Assembly: GCA_013115125.1 (NCBI GenBank)
Contig: JABANN010000014.1
Span: forward strand, 1-64,000
Length of the DNA: 64,000 nt
Direction of reading: 5' to 3'
Source: Perkinsus olseni
Taxonomy: Eukaryota
Part shown: one piece after another, positions 50,475-60,988 of the stretch
How the letters are laid out: each line of letters begins with the position of its first letter
Position numbering within the stretch: position 1 is the stretch's first letter
The notes under the pieces: model-generated
Told to the model about the DNA's origin: nothing
Databases searched by the model: none
The model's input: the letters and a program-made list of their open reading frames with translations, nothing else
Program-made: the position numbers and the translations under genes

Positions 50475-52887
50475 ATGGACGGCCCACTGTGTAGCCACCG
50501 GTCTTGCCGCATCGCCTTAGCTCATCGAGAGGCCCAGTTCCTCCGAAGGGTCGAGGGCATCACAGCCCAGCGCCAAAGGGTGGTAATGCGGGCCATGGCC
50601 GACCTGGCTCGGCAGTGCCGTCAGCGTACACTGGCCTTGGCTCTCGACCGGTGGCACTTTGTCGTCACCAGAGGGAAGCTGCAGAGGCTGGGGCTCGTCC
50701 GCGTTGTGTGGGAAAGGTGGTATCGTGAGACCCTTGTTGGTAGAGGGAAGAGGGTCGGGAGGAGGAAGGCGGCTCGGGTACTACGGGCAGCAGTGACGAG
50801 ATTATGTCGTGATAGGCTTAGCGGAGCGATGCACTACTGGTACAGGATGGCCAGGAGTACACACTCCTCAGTACAGACTGACTCTGCGATAAGGGGGGAT
50901 GTTGGTACCCAGACCCCAGCTGTGAGCCTAGCGTCGGCGTCCACTCAGACGCTGCCGCTCTTCCATGCTCAAGTTGGATGCCAAACTCATCGGGTGGTCA
51001 CAGTGAGGAGGGAGGTTCAGACCAGGCCACAGGTGCGGCCCAGTCGTATGACACAGACCAGACTGCACTCTCGAGTGGCCGGGACACAGACTGCCGTGCG
51101 AAGGTTGGTCTCGGCAGGGGTCATCACAGACCGTGTGACGTGCTTGGAAGAGGCAAGCCAGACCCGGATGGTGGATACTGTTGATGGTGGGGTTCAAATA
51201 GAGCTAAAGGTGTCAGAATCGAGCGTCCAGACGACGACGGCCGGTGCTGCAGTAGCGGTAGCGTCCCAAACCGATGAGGATATGGCCCTGCTGGCTGGGA
51301 GTGTCGAGATGGGTCACGCTAGGGATCGAAGGGTCGAGATCGCGCTGGACGTCGGTGTACAGACGGATCTGCCGAGTGATAACGACACCGTCCACGTGAG
51401 AAGCTCCCCCATACTCGTGGCGAAGGGTATGCAAACGGATGATGCAGAGCGGCCAGGGGTCAGCGGTCCGCCCCTAGCTGCTCTTCGCCATGCAGAGGGT
51501 CAGACAGAAGCATGGCCAGTAGCGCTGGAGGGAGTGACAGTCGGGGTACAGACTGATTCTTGGGCTACAGTGGAGGCTGGGACGGTCCATGATGGAATAG
51601 GGCCGCCTGAAGCGACGGGCCCCATCGACCGAGGGGCACAAACCGAACTCCTCAGAGACATGTCGCCTACCTGCTCCACGAGGGTCATCGCCGCGACTCA
51701 GACGGATGATGTGGTGAAGGCTATGGAGACGGTTAGTATCGGCTCGATAGAGTGGGATGATGGGTTGCCCCCTACCGCCAGAGGATCTATTGCGGTCAGC
51801 GCTGAGGTACAACGAAAAGCTCCGGTGCCGCTCGCTTGGAGAGAAGGTTCACCGCTGGAGGCTGTGAGCAACGAAGAAGCGACGAAGGCGGCCCCGGGGC
51901 AGTCCCTGCCTGCTCGTTATCGAGGCCCCCCGCAGCGAGAGGGCAGCGGGAGTGATGTGTCCAGGGATAGTGTAGCGATGGCGGAGGGGACGGCTATGCA
52001 GACGAGTCCTTGCAAGGTCGCCAACATGACCACCCAGACGATGGTGGCGAGCTGGAGGAGTGTTGGCACGGAGACTGAGCGTCCGCTGCCATCCAGGAGA
52101 CACTGGGTAATGGCCATCCGGTGTTTGGTATCTTTGGTTGAAGCTAGGCTACGGTACGGGTATGCCCTGTTGGTGTCTAATAGAGTGGTGTGGGACAACA
52201 AGGAGTTGGCTGGCTTAGTCGTCAGTCTACAGGGGAGAATTGACACCACAACAGCCGCCCTTCGAGATCGGGAGGTCGAGGTGTCACAGCTTAAGCTGGG
52301 CCTTGCTGCGCAAACGGAGGCGGAGGCACAGACCGCCGCAGAGGTGGCAGCGTTGACGGCGAAGTGCGGGGCTTTGGAGGAGAGGTGCGCTTCCCTGTCT
52401 ACTCTGGAGGGGCAGTACGGGGAGTTGGAGGCCAGATGCGAGGCTTTGTTCAATGATAATGTGGAGCTGGCTGGCAGCCTCGAGAAGGCACTAGAGGGTG
52501 TCCATAAGGCGGAAGCAGCGGAGAGGAGAATCGAAGAACTCCAGATCATGCTGGCTGACAAGGTAGTGATAGGTGAACCAGTGGGGGGCCGCTGACGTAG
52601 CGTTTTGTGGTAGAGGGACAAGGCTAGGGAGGAGGTGAGGAGTCCCAGTAATGAGGAGTCCCTGGATGACAGCACCACAGTTGGCATACAGGAGCAGCTG
52701 GACGCGTACATGGAGCTGCTGGTGGACCTCACTAACAAGCTCGACAGGTAGGATGGCAGGGAGGGTAGTGCCGATGATGATGATTGTTAGAAGTGAGGAG
52801 GAGAAGAAGGTGAAAGAGGAGGAGTTAGATGCTTTAAAGGGCCGCTATGAACTCCTACTGGCAGGACGCAGTTCGACCGGCGGATGA
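50475..52887 (+). CDS. Scaffold-like protein: Sfi1-like Trp repeats, array of LC8-type (T/V/x)QT motifs, C-terminal coiled coil
   Basis: A large first exon carries 18 xxxQT motifs. Two short 3' introns extend the coiled coil to the TGA at 52887. Confidence 0.75.
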
Positions 52888-53062
52888 CGCCCTTGACGAT
52901 GGTGGTGGTAGGCTCTGTATCTTTGTTGTTAACCCTCACACTGACAGTATTCATCACTATTGTTCCCCTGTGCATGTTATATCTTAACATGTTTCCATCA
53001 CCGCCAAGTTACAGTTGCCTGCTTGGTGTTCTCAATAGCCCTACTAAGTGCATGCGAAGCTC

Positions 53063-54375
53063 ATGATGATACGCCGGCTGCGGTCAGGCTGGCAGATGGC
53101 ATCAGCGCTTGAGGGTCGGATAAAAAGGAAACCCTGGGATGATATAAGAGCTGACTACATTACGGACATGCTGCCGAGGTCGACGGTAGGTCAGGGCGGC
53201 TAGCCATGGTTGTGGAGCAGGGAACTATCAGCTGGCTGCTCAAGGCCTCGAGCCCGCCCTGGAGCAGATGGAGGAGGAGCTCTCCGAGATGACGCGGCTT
53301 GTCGAGTGAGTGGAGGGGTATAGGACAGTGGAGAGGCTCGTTGAGTGTCTGGTAGGGATAATGGAGGGAAGAGGCTATCTATTCCGACGGGGCGGGATGC
53401 TCCCCAGCGGCTACTCAGCAGATGGGGGACTGCCGGGGCCAAGTGGGTTTGTCCTTCATTCCGGCGCAACCTTCAACTGTGAGTGAGTTCAGGATAATAG
53501 ATGGGGATGCTCGAGAGGATGGGCGAAGAAAGGGGAATCTTGGCTCTGTGGGGTAGGCGGGGACCGTCGTTATCGTAATAAGGGCTGATCCTCAGGGAGC
53601 ACTTCCTTGCGGGCGAAGGGCGGCAGGAATCCGAGGGTGCCGCCTTGCCTGCTGTGGGCAGGATGAGCGGTGCATCAGAGCTCACACCTAGAGGGCCGGT
53701 GAGGTCTGAGGGAGAGCTGTTGGATGCTGCACGGCTGTCGTAGGGCGCTTTGGCTGAGATGCCAACGGCTCCGAGTGAGGTGATGAACCCAGTGACGCGG
53801 CAGAGGGCACGGCGGCGGGTGAGGACTCAAGCCCTAATACAGGTAGTGAGGGCTTTCAGAGCGTGATAAGTGCTAACCCTGGACTCAGCATTATGTGGCG
53901 CAGCTACTGCTGTGTGCGTCTGAGGAGGAGAAAAGGGAGCTCTTGGACGGCGCCGACATACAGATCGAAGGGGTGGACTCGGAGAGCCCTCGTTCGTGAG
54001 TCCTCGTGCCGCTATTCACTCACCGCTGCACTTGGGCCGACTCCCTGCAGTCCTCACACGATATACTATTCTCTATCGCCTTTGGAGGAAGAGAATGTCG
54101 AGGGCATCCAGCGGCGGATGGAGACCCTAGCCCCGATGCTACAGCGCCGGATAGCAGACAAGCTCACCATCGGCCTGTGTCCACCTCTAGTGTAGTCAGC
54201 GGTCGTCCGTGATGGGAGCTGGGCGATCCGAGTCCTTAGGTTCGTACCAGTCGGTCGTGCCGAGGAGGGACGCGGCATCTTGAGGAAGAGTCGAGAGCGA
54301 GCGAGAGAGATGGCGATCGACTTGCAGAAGAACTTCACGAGGGAGATGAACTGGCGACGGATACGGACCAATTGA
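53063..54375 (+). CDS. Putative organellar ribosome-binding factor A (RbfA-like), multi-exon
   Basis: RRRVRTQALIQ..ADIQIEG..HTIYYSL..IQRRMETLAPMLQRRIADKLTIGLCPPL.FVP resembles the RbfA domain pattern. The N-terminus MMIRRLRSG is basic. Confidence 0.5.
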
Positions 54376-54470
54376 AGCATGTTTCTGTTGAAGCGTTTCC
54401 AACTAGGAGTATCTTTGATTTTGTCAATAGCGTGAGTGGCCTCTCAGCACGCATTCTCCGTCTTAATGTG

Positions 54471-56111
54471 ATGAAGCTATCTCCAGTCCTCCTCCTCCTC
54501 CTGCTGCTCTGTCCACTAGTGCCCACTTACTCCCGACAGGAGTACTCGGCCCCGACTGCGCTGTGCAACTCCAGTGACCCCGCCCTACTACCACTACAGG
54601 AGTTGGAGGTCTTCACTGCCCCTATGGCTGAGCTCTGGCACTCGGTCAAGCCCGTGTCGGTCGACCTCGCACCATACGAGGCCTGTCCTGTGGTCCCCTT
54701 CATAGTGGAGATGATAGCATTACTGGCCCAGTTCTATAACAAAGGAGATCAGATACCACCCATCCGCCAACTCTCGACTGCCTATCCCCGTTCAACGGCC
54801 TTCATGGTCAACTACCCACCCTCCGTCATCTGGACGGACACAGCCTGGCGAAGGGTCGTGTTTGAGCTCCTTGCCGCGGTGTCGGCTAGACTGCGCCCCC
54901 ACCTAGGGTCGAGGAAGGACGTTATCTTCGAGTGCGCGGTCGTCCATCGCCACAGGGCCGTGGCCACGGTGGCTGCCGAGGTCCACGTTGGCGAGCTGCG
55001 CTTCCCTGTGCCACGATACGTCGGCAGCTCTCTCCTGCCCTTGGGGGCGACTCTACGGGACCTCACCATCAGCTCCCGGCACTGCCCTCCTGAGACGGCC
55101 ACTGCGATAGTCTCCACAGCGAGGGGTTGGCTGCAGCTTGGTGGCTCCGAGGAGGGCGTGTTGGGGTTCCTTGAAGTAGCAGAGGGTTGGGTGGTTAGAG
55201 AGAACCCCTTCCGGTTGTTGGCTATGAGCAGCCCTTATTTTGAGTACGTTCATGCTGCCCTCGTGGCCCTGCGTCAACAGCCTCTTCTGCCAGCAAGGTT
55301 GCTGCCACCGCGTCCCGGGGCTGCTAAGCGAGGGTCCAGCACGGTCGATCGGTCGATGGGTTTTGACTGTGGTGGCGTTGTGGAAGCCCGCCAGATTCAG
55401 AACAAGTTCCTCGAGGACATGGTCGGGAACTCCGTCCCATCCTGGTCACAGAGCACTGGGAGTCGTGGCTGCGAGATCGCGTCGGTCATATCCCTTCTGG
55501 CCCACTTGCCGACTGATGGGGTGGCCTCAGTGGACAGGACCCACCTAGCCTCATGGCACTACCTTCAGAGCGTGAACTCTCAGTGGTGGAGACCCCTGAA
55601 GTCGGGGTGGGGTCTGCTCCTTGCCAACGCCTTGGCCGACCTCCATGCCAGGGCCCAGCAGGCAGGTCTCGAGCCACGACAACTGCCGAAACATTGTAAG
55701 AGCAGTCCTGCTGTGGCGAGGCTGAGGGACCTATCAGCGGCTTACCTCAGTACGGAGCTCCCTGCTGGAGGCGAGAGCATCAGCAGCCTACCAGAGGCAA
55801 TGAGTCTGGTGGGTAGTGTTAGCCCAGACTGCAGTGTAGCAGTGGCGACAGCGCTGCAGCTGGCACTCAATCACTATGTCTCAATACTAGCCCGACTGGG
55901 TCACCCATTGAAGGCTCCCAATGCTACTCATCCGCTGGCCACTCAGGCCCTGAACGACGACGTCAGTGGACTTGTCGAAGTCATTTGGCAGACCGTCGCT
56001 GGGGAGAAGTTGGCTGAGGTCCTGTCTAACGAGCTCCCTCTGTTTGAGCTTATGCGGCTACAGTGGAGGATGCTCTTCAGTAGACCGCTCCCTGTCCTAC
56101 TAGCCGACTGA
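54471..56111 (+). CDS. Secreted intronless protein of unknown function with four Cys-pair helical repeats
   Basis: Signal peptide MKLSPVLLLLLLLCPLVPTYS at the start of a 546-aa uninterrupted ORF. Confidence 0.75.
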   Translation: MKLSPVLLLLLLLCPLVPTYSRQEYSAPTALCNSSDPALLPLQELEVFTAPMAELWHSVKPVSVDLAPYEACPVVPFIVEMIALLAQFYNKGDQIPPIRQLSTAYPRSTAFMVNYPPSVIWTDTAWRRVVFELLAAVSARLRPHLGSRKDVIFECAVVHRHRAVATVAAEVHVGELRFPVPRYVGSSLLPLGATLRDLTISSRHCPPETATAIVSTARGWLQLGGSEEGVLGFLEVAEGWVVRENPFRLLAMSSPYFEYVHAALVALRQQPLLPARLLPPRPGAAKRGSSTVDRSMGFDCGGVVEARQIQNKFLEDMVGNSVPSWSQSTGSRGCEIASVISLLAHLPTDGVASVDRTHLASWHYLQSVNSQWWRPLKSGWGLLLANALADLHARAQQAGLEPRQLPKHCKSSPAVARLRDLSAAYLSTELPAGGESISSLPEAMSLVGSVSPDCSVAVATALQLALNHYVSILARLGHPLKAPNATHPLATQALNDDVSGLVEVIWQTVAGEKLAEVLSNELPLFELMRLQWRMLFSRPLPVLLAD

Positions 56112-56198
56112 AGCTGCATGTATAATTAGAAGTGCTTGTGATCGATAGTCGCGGGGGTTGGGTTCAGTGGGGTCTAGAGGGGCATCAGAGCCGCTGGG

Positions 56199-58951
56199 AT
56201 GGGTGAGTCGGAACGCCGGCCGAACAGGCAACTCCCCGTATCATGGATGGTCGCGTTGTTTGAAGAGCCTCTGATACTGGAGACGTCGAGGAAGCCTCTG
56301 CGCTCAGAAGCAGCCACCTCCGCTCCGCCGAGTCCATCTGTGCAAGAGTGGTTGTCGGTCTCCGAAGATCAGCCTCCTCTGGTCTGTGCCTCCTGGGACG
56401 CTCTACACGATGGCCGGAGACAACCTCGGCGAGGGATCGTCAGAGGCTTTCCTGTCAACGCGCTGAGCGACGAGGAGATTTCTCGGATCACCAAAAGTGT
56501 TAAGTTTGCCGTGCAGGGGGCGGCATCCGAGCTTTTCCCTTGCCGTACCAAGGAGGACCGAAGCCTCGTTTGCCGGTGTGGCTTGAATGAGTGCCACCTC
56601 TGCTGGGCTCCGAGAGCCGGGAATATCGTCGCTCGTCTCAAGGGCCTCGAGCTGCCGAGGGAAGTCCGGGAGGAGCTGGATGGTATTCTAGGGGAGGAGC
56701 TGCTGGAGTTCGAACGAGAGTCCTTTGCTGGGATCATGAGCCTTGCGAGAAGTGGACAGCGATTGTGTCGAATCCTGGAAGCCCTGAGCGGAGTCTTCGG
56801 TCCGGCCGGCGACGATAAGGCTGCTGACATCCATCGGATGAGTCGCCTCCTCCGTATCATCGAACAACAGCAGCATAGTGGTGATCCGAAAACACGAGAC
56901 CAACTTCTACGGCTCGTCAAGGCCTACTGCTGTGAGCCTGAGAGGAGGGCAGAGGATGCCGTGAGACGGCGTACAGTAGACTTAGGCGGAGAGTGGGTGG
57001 TCATGCCACAGCAGAGAACTGATAATGACTGTGAGTTGGCTGGACAGAGGGGGCCACATAGCTGCCATTCATGTCAGGCAATATGGATGCTTTCGAGGAG
57101 TATGTGAGCACAGCATCAGAGCCTATCGGCCGGCTGCTGTTCCCCATTGAGGATACACTGAAAGCACCAGTGGTCGTCGTTGGCCAGGTGTGGAAGGGCA
57201 GACCCAGCTGGCTCTCCTCGTTGCACTTTTTTGAGCGGCCACATCATCCAGTACGTCCCCTCAGGCTCAGCAGTCGGTTCATTCCACGCCATCCGTGTCC
57301 GGCGGTCATATGGGTATGATGAGCATGGGAGCAGACAGGGGTGAGCAGCCCCGGCACGGACACGACCAGGCTGCTGTCATGCTGCGGTCAGTGGAACCTT
57401 CCGATCATTGCTGTTCCAAGTGCTGTTAACTATAGTCTCTCAAGCCAGCGCTGCTCAGGTTGAAGAAAGAGAAACAAGAGCAGTTCCGTAGAGGTCTCGA
57501 GGCCCAAATTGCCGAGAAAAGGGAGACAGTTCGACGGGTTGTCGAGGAAGAGAGGTTGGCTCAGCAAGAGCGCCTGTTGAAGGAAGCACAGGTCCGCCAC
57601 GGGCCGGGAAAGCTGGTCTGATGTCCGTTCAGTGAAGGTCCGTCATGATGGCGTCGATGAGGAAAGGAAGAGGCTCATTGATCTTGCCCAGCAGAGTGAG
57701 AGGGCAGCAGAGGCAGTAGAGCAGTTGCACAGTTGGAGGCTGCTGAGGTGGGTACCATCGCCGGGTGTCCAGCCGTAGCGAGACTTCCCTGCCATGGGTC
57801 GGCCCCGATGGTAGGATACGAAAGCCTAAAGGGCTGTATAAGGCGGTATACCATGACGATATGGCCTCCCAAATTGAAGAGCTTACCCGACGGCCAGACC
57901 GGCATCTGATACAGGTGATGGCGATTGGCGGCTCGGTTGTGGGAGGGGGACAACGTAGAGAGTCTCAGGTTGGCTTCGGTGCTGCAATCGATCCGCTCGT
58001 AGCTCGGGCTAAGGACATCCAACAAGAGTTCTTCTTCCCGCCGGAGTTGCGCACGAATATAGCGGAAGATAGAGGTGGCCATGGGGTGCACTGCCCGCCG
58101 AACGAGTGCCGGTGATTGGACTTCGCTGCAGCCTCACTGACCCCGCCGACCCTCTCAGGCCATGACGATGGCTCCCCAGTTGAACCCTACATCAGAGTAT
58201 GGGGACCAGGAGGCAACCAGAAGCCACTGCCTGATCACTCCGACCGAGAAGCGGCGAGATCGATACTACAGGCAATCTATGCTGCTTCGGCTGCCCCGGA
58301 AGTGCCCGATGAGGGAGAGGGTATAGCGGCTGCTCACAAGGCTGGAGAGGGAGCGAAGGCGGCCATGGACTGGTCCTGGCTGCCAGTGGGAGATACGGCA
58401 AGCGAGACTCAACCTTGCGTCACATACAAGGACATACCCCATCACCCTCTCGACGATCGAACGGTTAGGAGACGGAGTGGCCGGGTTGTGAGGGAGGTCA
58501 TGGCCAGCATTTATGGGGCTGGTGGCAGCAGCGGCAACAGTAGTCCAACGCTGCTTGGATCACCTGAGACTAGGAGCGAGGTAAGGCTTCGTCGTCCTCT
58601 CGGCCTACTAGGCCGAGAGAACGACGAAGCCTAGGCCGGGCCTAGTGGCCCTCTCTGAGTTTCACAGTAGGTGGTGATGCCTGAACTCGCAAAGAGCTAT
58701 TTCGTGGACCCATGGCCAGCTGAGGAGGGGACGTCGACCGTGCAGGGAGCCTATGGTTCGATGGGGCCGCCAGCAGTAGACTGTATTGAATACGTTCGGT
58801 CTAGAGGACAGCGCAGGTCCAGTATAGCTGGTCAGGTGGGTGCCGTTGGGGTCTTACTTCCAGGAACAGATTCTCATAGATGCTTCACAAGCGCGAGGAA
58901 GAGAGGAAGCGGCTACTGGTGGAGTTTGATAAGATTAATTCAAGGCAATGA
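56199..58951 (+). CDS. Hypothetical multi-exon protein with coiled-coil segments
   Basis: Long first exon followed by GT/AG-bounded exons (e.g. LKKEKQEQFRRGLEAQIAEKRE). No family recognised; it may be more than one gene. Confidence 0.5.
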
Positions 58952-59253
58952 TATTCTCCCATGTTTCATTCGATGCGAAGTCCTGTCGTGTTCAGCAGCG
59001 CTGCCGATGTTTTCATGGCTTAGTTGTCAACCGAGGATGCGTTGTATACCGCTGTCAGCGATATACGATAGTGTCAGCGATTCGCTGACACTATCGTACT
59101 CACTTGCCTCGGGGGGATCCCCCAACCCAACCGCTCAGACACCTGAGCGCGGGAAATAGGAGAGCTCTTGTTGCTGTTGTTGTCGAGAATGGCGTTCCCC
59201 ACGTTGTAAACTGATAAGAACACGACCCTCGGGAAGATGAAAAGACATTTAGA

Positions 59254-60405
59254 CTAGCTACTACCAGCGTTATCAACAGTAGTGTAGGCGATGGTTGTCG
59301 AATGACGCCGTACGTAGCACCGATGAAGCAGCGCACCGAAGGCCATACCGATCACAAATGCTGCAATAACGATCGCAATCCATGCCTCCGGGAACGGCCC
59401 CACAAAGAGCTGCTTGTTGGCAGCAGACTGTATAGGCTGCTGAGTACGCTGAGGCAAGAAGTTGGTGACCGGCTGTGGTGCAGCATCAGAACCTAATACA
59501 AGAACACGGCTGCCGAACTTATAGTTGCCGGGGATAGTAGCCATGTTGAGAAAATCAGTGTTTGAGTATAGAATATCGAGAACCTCTTTGGGTTTCCGAG
59601 GGACCTTCACATTCGATGACGTCGTGATGGCCGTCTGAGTTGTCCTTTGCACGGGCAAGAAGTCATCCAAGGCGTTGCAGTAGTCTCCCTTACGGCACAC
59701 TCTCGGCTTTGGGACATCACTCTTGCATTGACACTCGAACTCAGTGCCCTTATACTTGGCTTCGTCAGGATGCATGATCCATATGTCGGTATGGCAGGTC
59801 TTGCCGTTCGGATGAGTCCCCCGTACCATGAGCTCATTAGTATCACAGGCCTTGAAGGAGTCTTCCGGGAGGGAGCTGCCAACCCCTTGCAGACGGGCCC
59901 CAACGTAAAACTGCTTCCCGATAGTCTCCCGCAATAGACCAATCATATTCTTCTGCTTGCCCCCTTTAGCCTGGAAGGCAGCATTGCATGAATCCTGATT
60001 CATACCGAGATCACCATCAACGTCCCAAGGCACGACTCCCTTGTGATGGCGATACCACCCTAGGAGCGAACCGGACATAAGGTACGCATCGACGCCGAGC
60101 TTGTCGAGGGCACCAATAGTCTGCCCCTCGATCCACACAACACAGTCAAGGAAATCCCCTTGCCCGTCCTCGGCCAGGAACTGGTCGTAGTCCTTGCACT
60201 GACCACCATCAAGGACCACCTCCTCGCCGGCGGCCCAGTCGGACTTGGCCTTTTTCGTGACCGTCTCGGGTGAACAGACGAAGATGTTGTTATTGTCGAC
60301 GTCAGTGTAGTACTTTTCCGGAAATACCTTTATTTTGTCCGTTGCAGTCGACAGAATAAACAAGGGCAGCAGAAGAGCTGTAACAAATAGAGACATTAGA
60401 ATCAT
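59254..60405 (-). CDS. LicD/fukutin-family phosphotransferase, intronless, with signal peptide and C-terminal TM helix
   Basis: YLMSGSLLGWYRH..VVPWDVDGDLG and HTDIW. Both termini are hydrophobic. Confidence 0.9.
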   Translation of the reverse strand: MILMSLFVTALLLPLFILSTATDKIKVFPEKYYTDVDNNNIFVCSPETVTKKAKSDWAAGEEVVLDGGQCKDYDQFLAEDGQGDFLDCVVWIEGQTIGALDKLGVDAYLMSGSLLGWYRHHKGVVPWDVDGDLGMNQDSCNAAFQAKGGKQKNMIGLLRETIGKQFYVGARLQGVGSSLPEDSFKACDTNELMVRGTHPNGKTCHTDIWIMHPDEAKYKGTEFECQCKSDVPKPRVCRKGDYCNALDDFLPVQRTTQTAITTSSNVKVPRKPKEVLDILYSNTDFLNMATIPGNYKFGSRVLVLGSDAAPQPVTNFLPQRTQQPIQSAANKQLFVGPFPEAWIAIVIAAFVIGMAFGALLHRCYVRRHSTTIAYTTVDNAGSS

Positions 60406-60988
60406 AACAAAGGAGGAGGAGCAACACTGGAGAACAGTAATCTAAAGAGGGCCACTTGTACTTCGCCCACTCTTCCCGGATTTGCATACACCTTTCCGTG
60501 TCCCGCGATTCTACCGGAACTCCGAATGATGATGAGGGGGGCACCAATGCACAGACCAATATCCCGGCGAATGACTCAGTCCGAGTCCTAGCTCTCCTTA
60601 GACGCGATGTTGACTCTCTAATCGGGTGCCGCTGGTAAAAGCGATTCCCAGCGGTTGACTGGTAACTACGTATGACGAACATCACGGTCTTCAGAGTAGA
60701 CTACCAAGGGGCTAATTCTTGGCCGTAGCAGCGCCACGGTCGAGACATGTACACAATACTTTCAGGAGGCATTGACAAATTTTGCTTCGGCGCACGATCC
60801 TTCTCGCTCGCCGGGAAAACCATGCCAATCTTCACTGGAGAGCTACGGCTAGTCCTCCTGGGTTCTGCCAATCGGGCATGGTCCTTGCATTAAGAAGGCC
60901 TCCTGTGCGGTTGTTAGGGCGTTCCGTCATGCCGAGATGCATCGGAATTGGGCGTCCATCATCAGGTCCTTATTGGCTTGTTCCCATC

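Noticed and set aside
51917-52738. 273-aa antisense ORF and many other short ORFs in the track
   Set aside because: These are shadow frames of real coding exons on the opposite strand or in alternative frames.
53063-53154. ATGATGA...CTGA box C/D snoRNA-like pattern
   Set aside because: It coincides with an open first exon (MMIRRLRSG...) of the RbfA-like gene and has no proper terminal stem.
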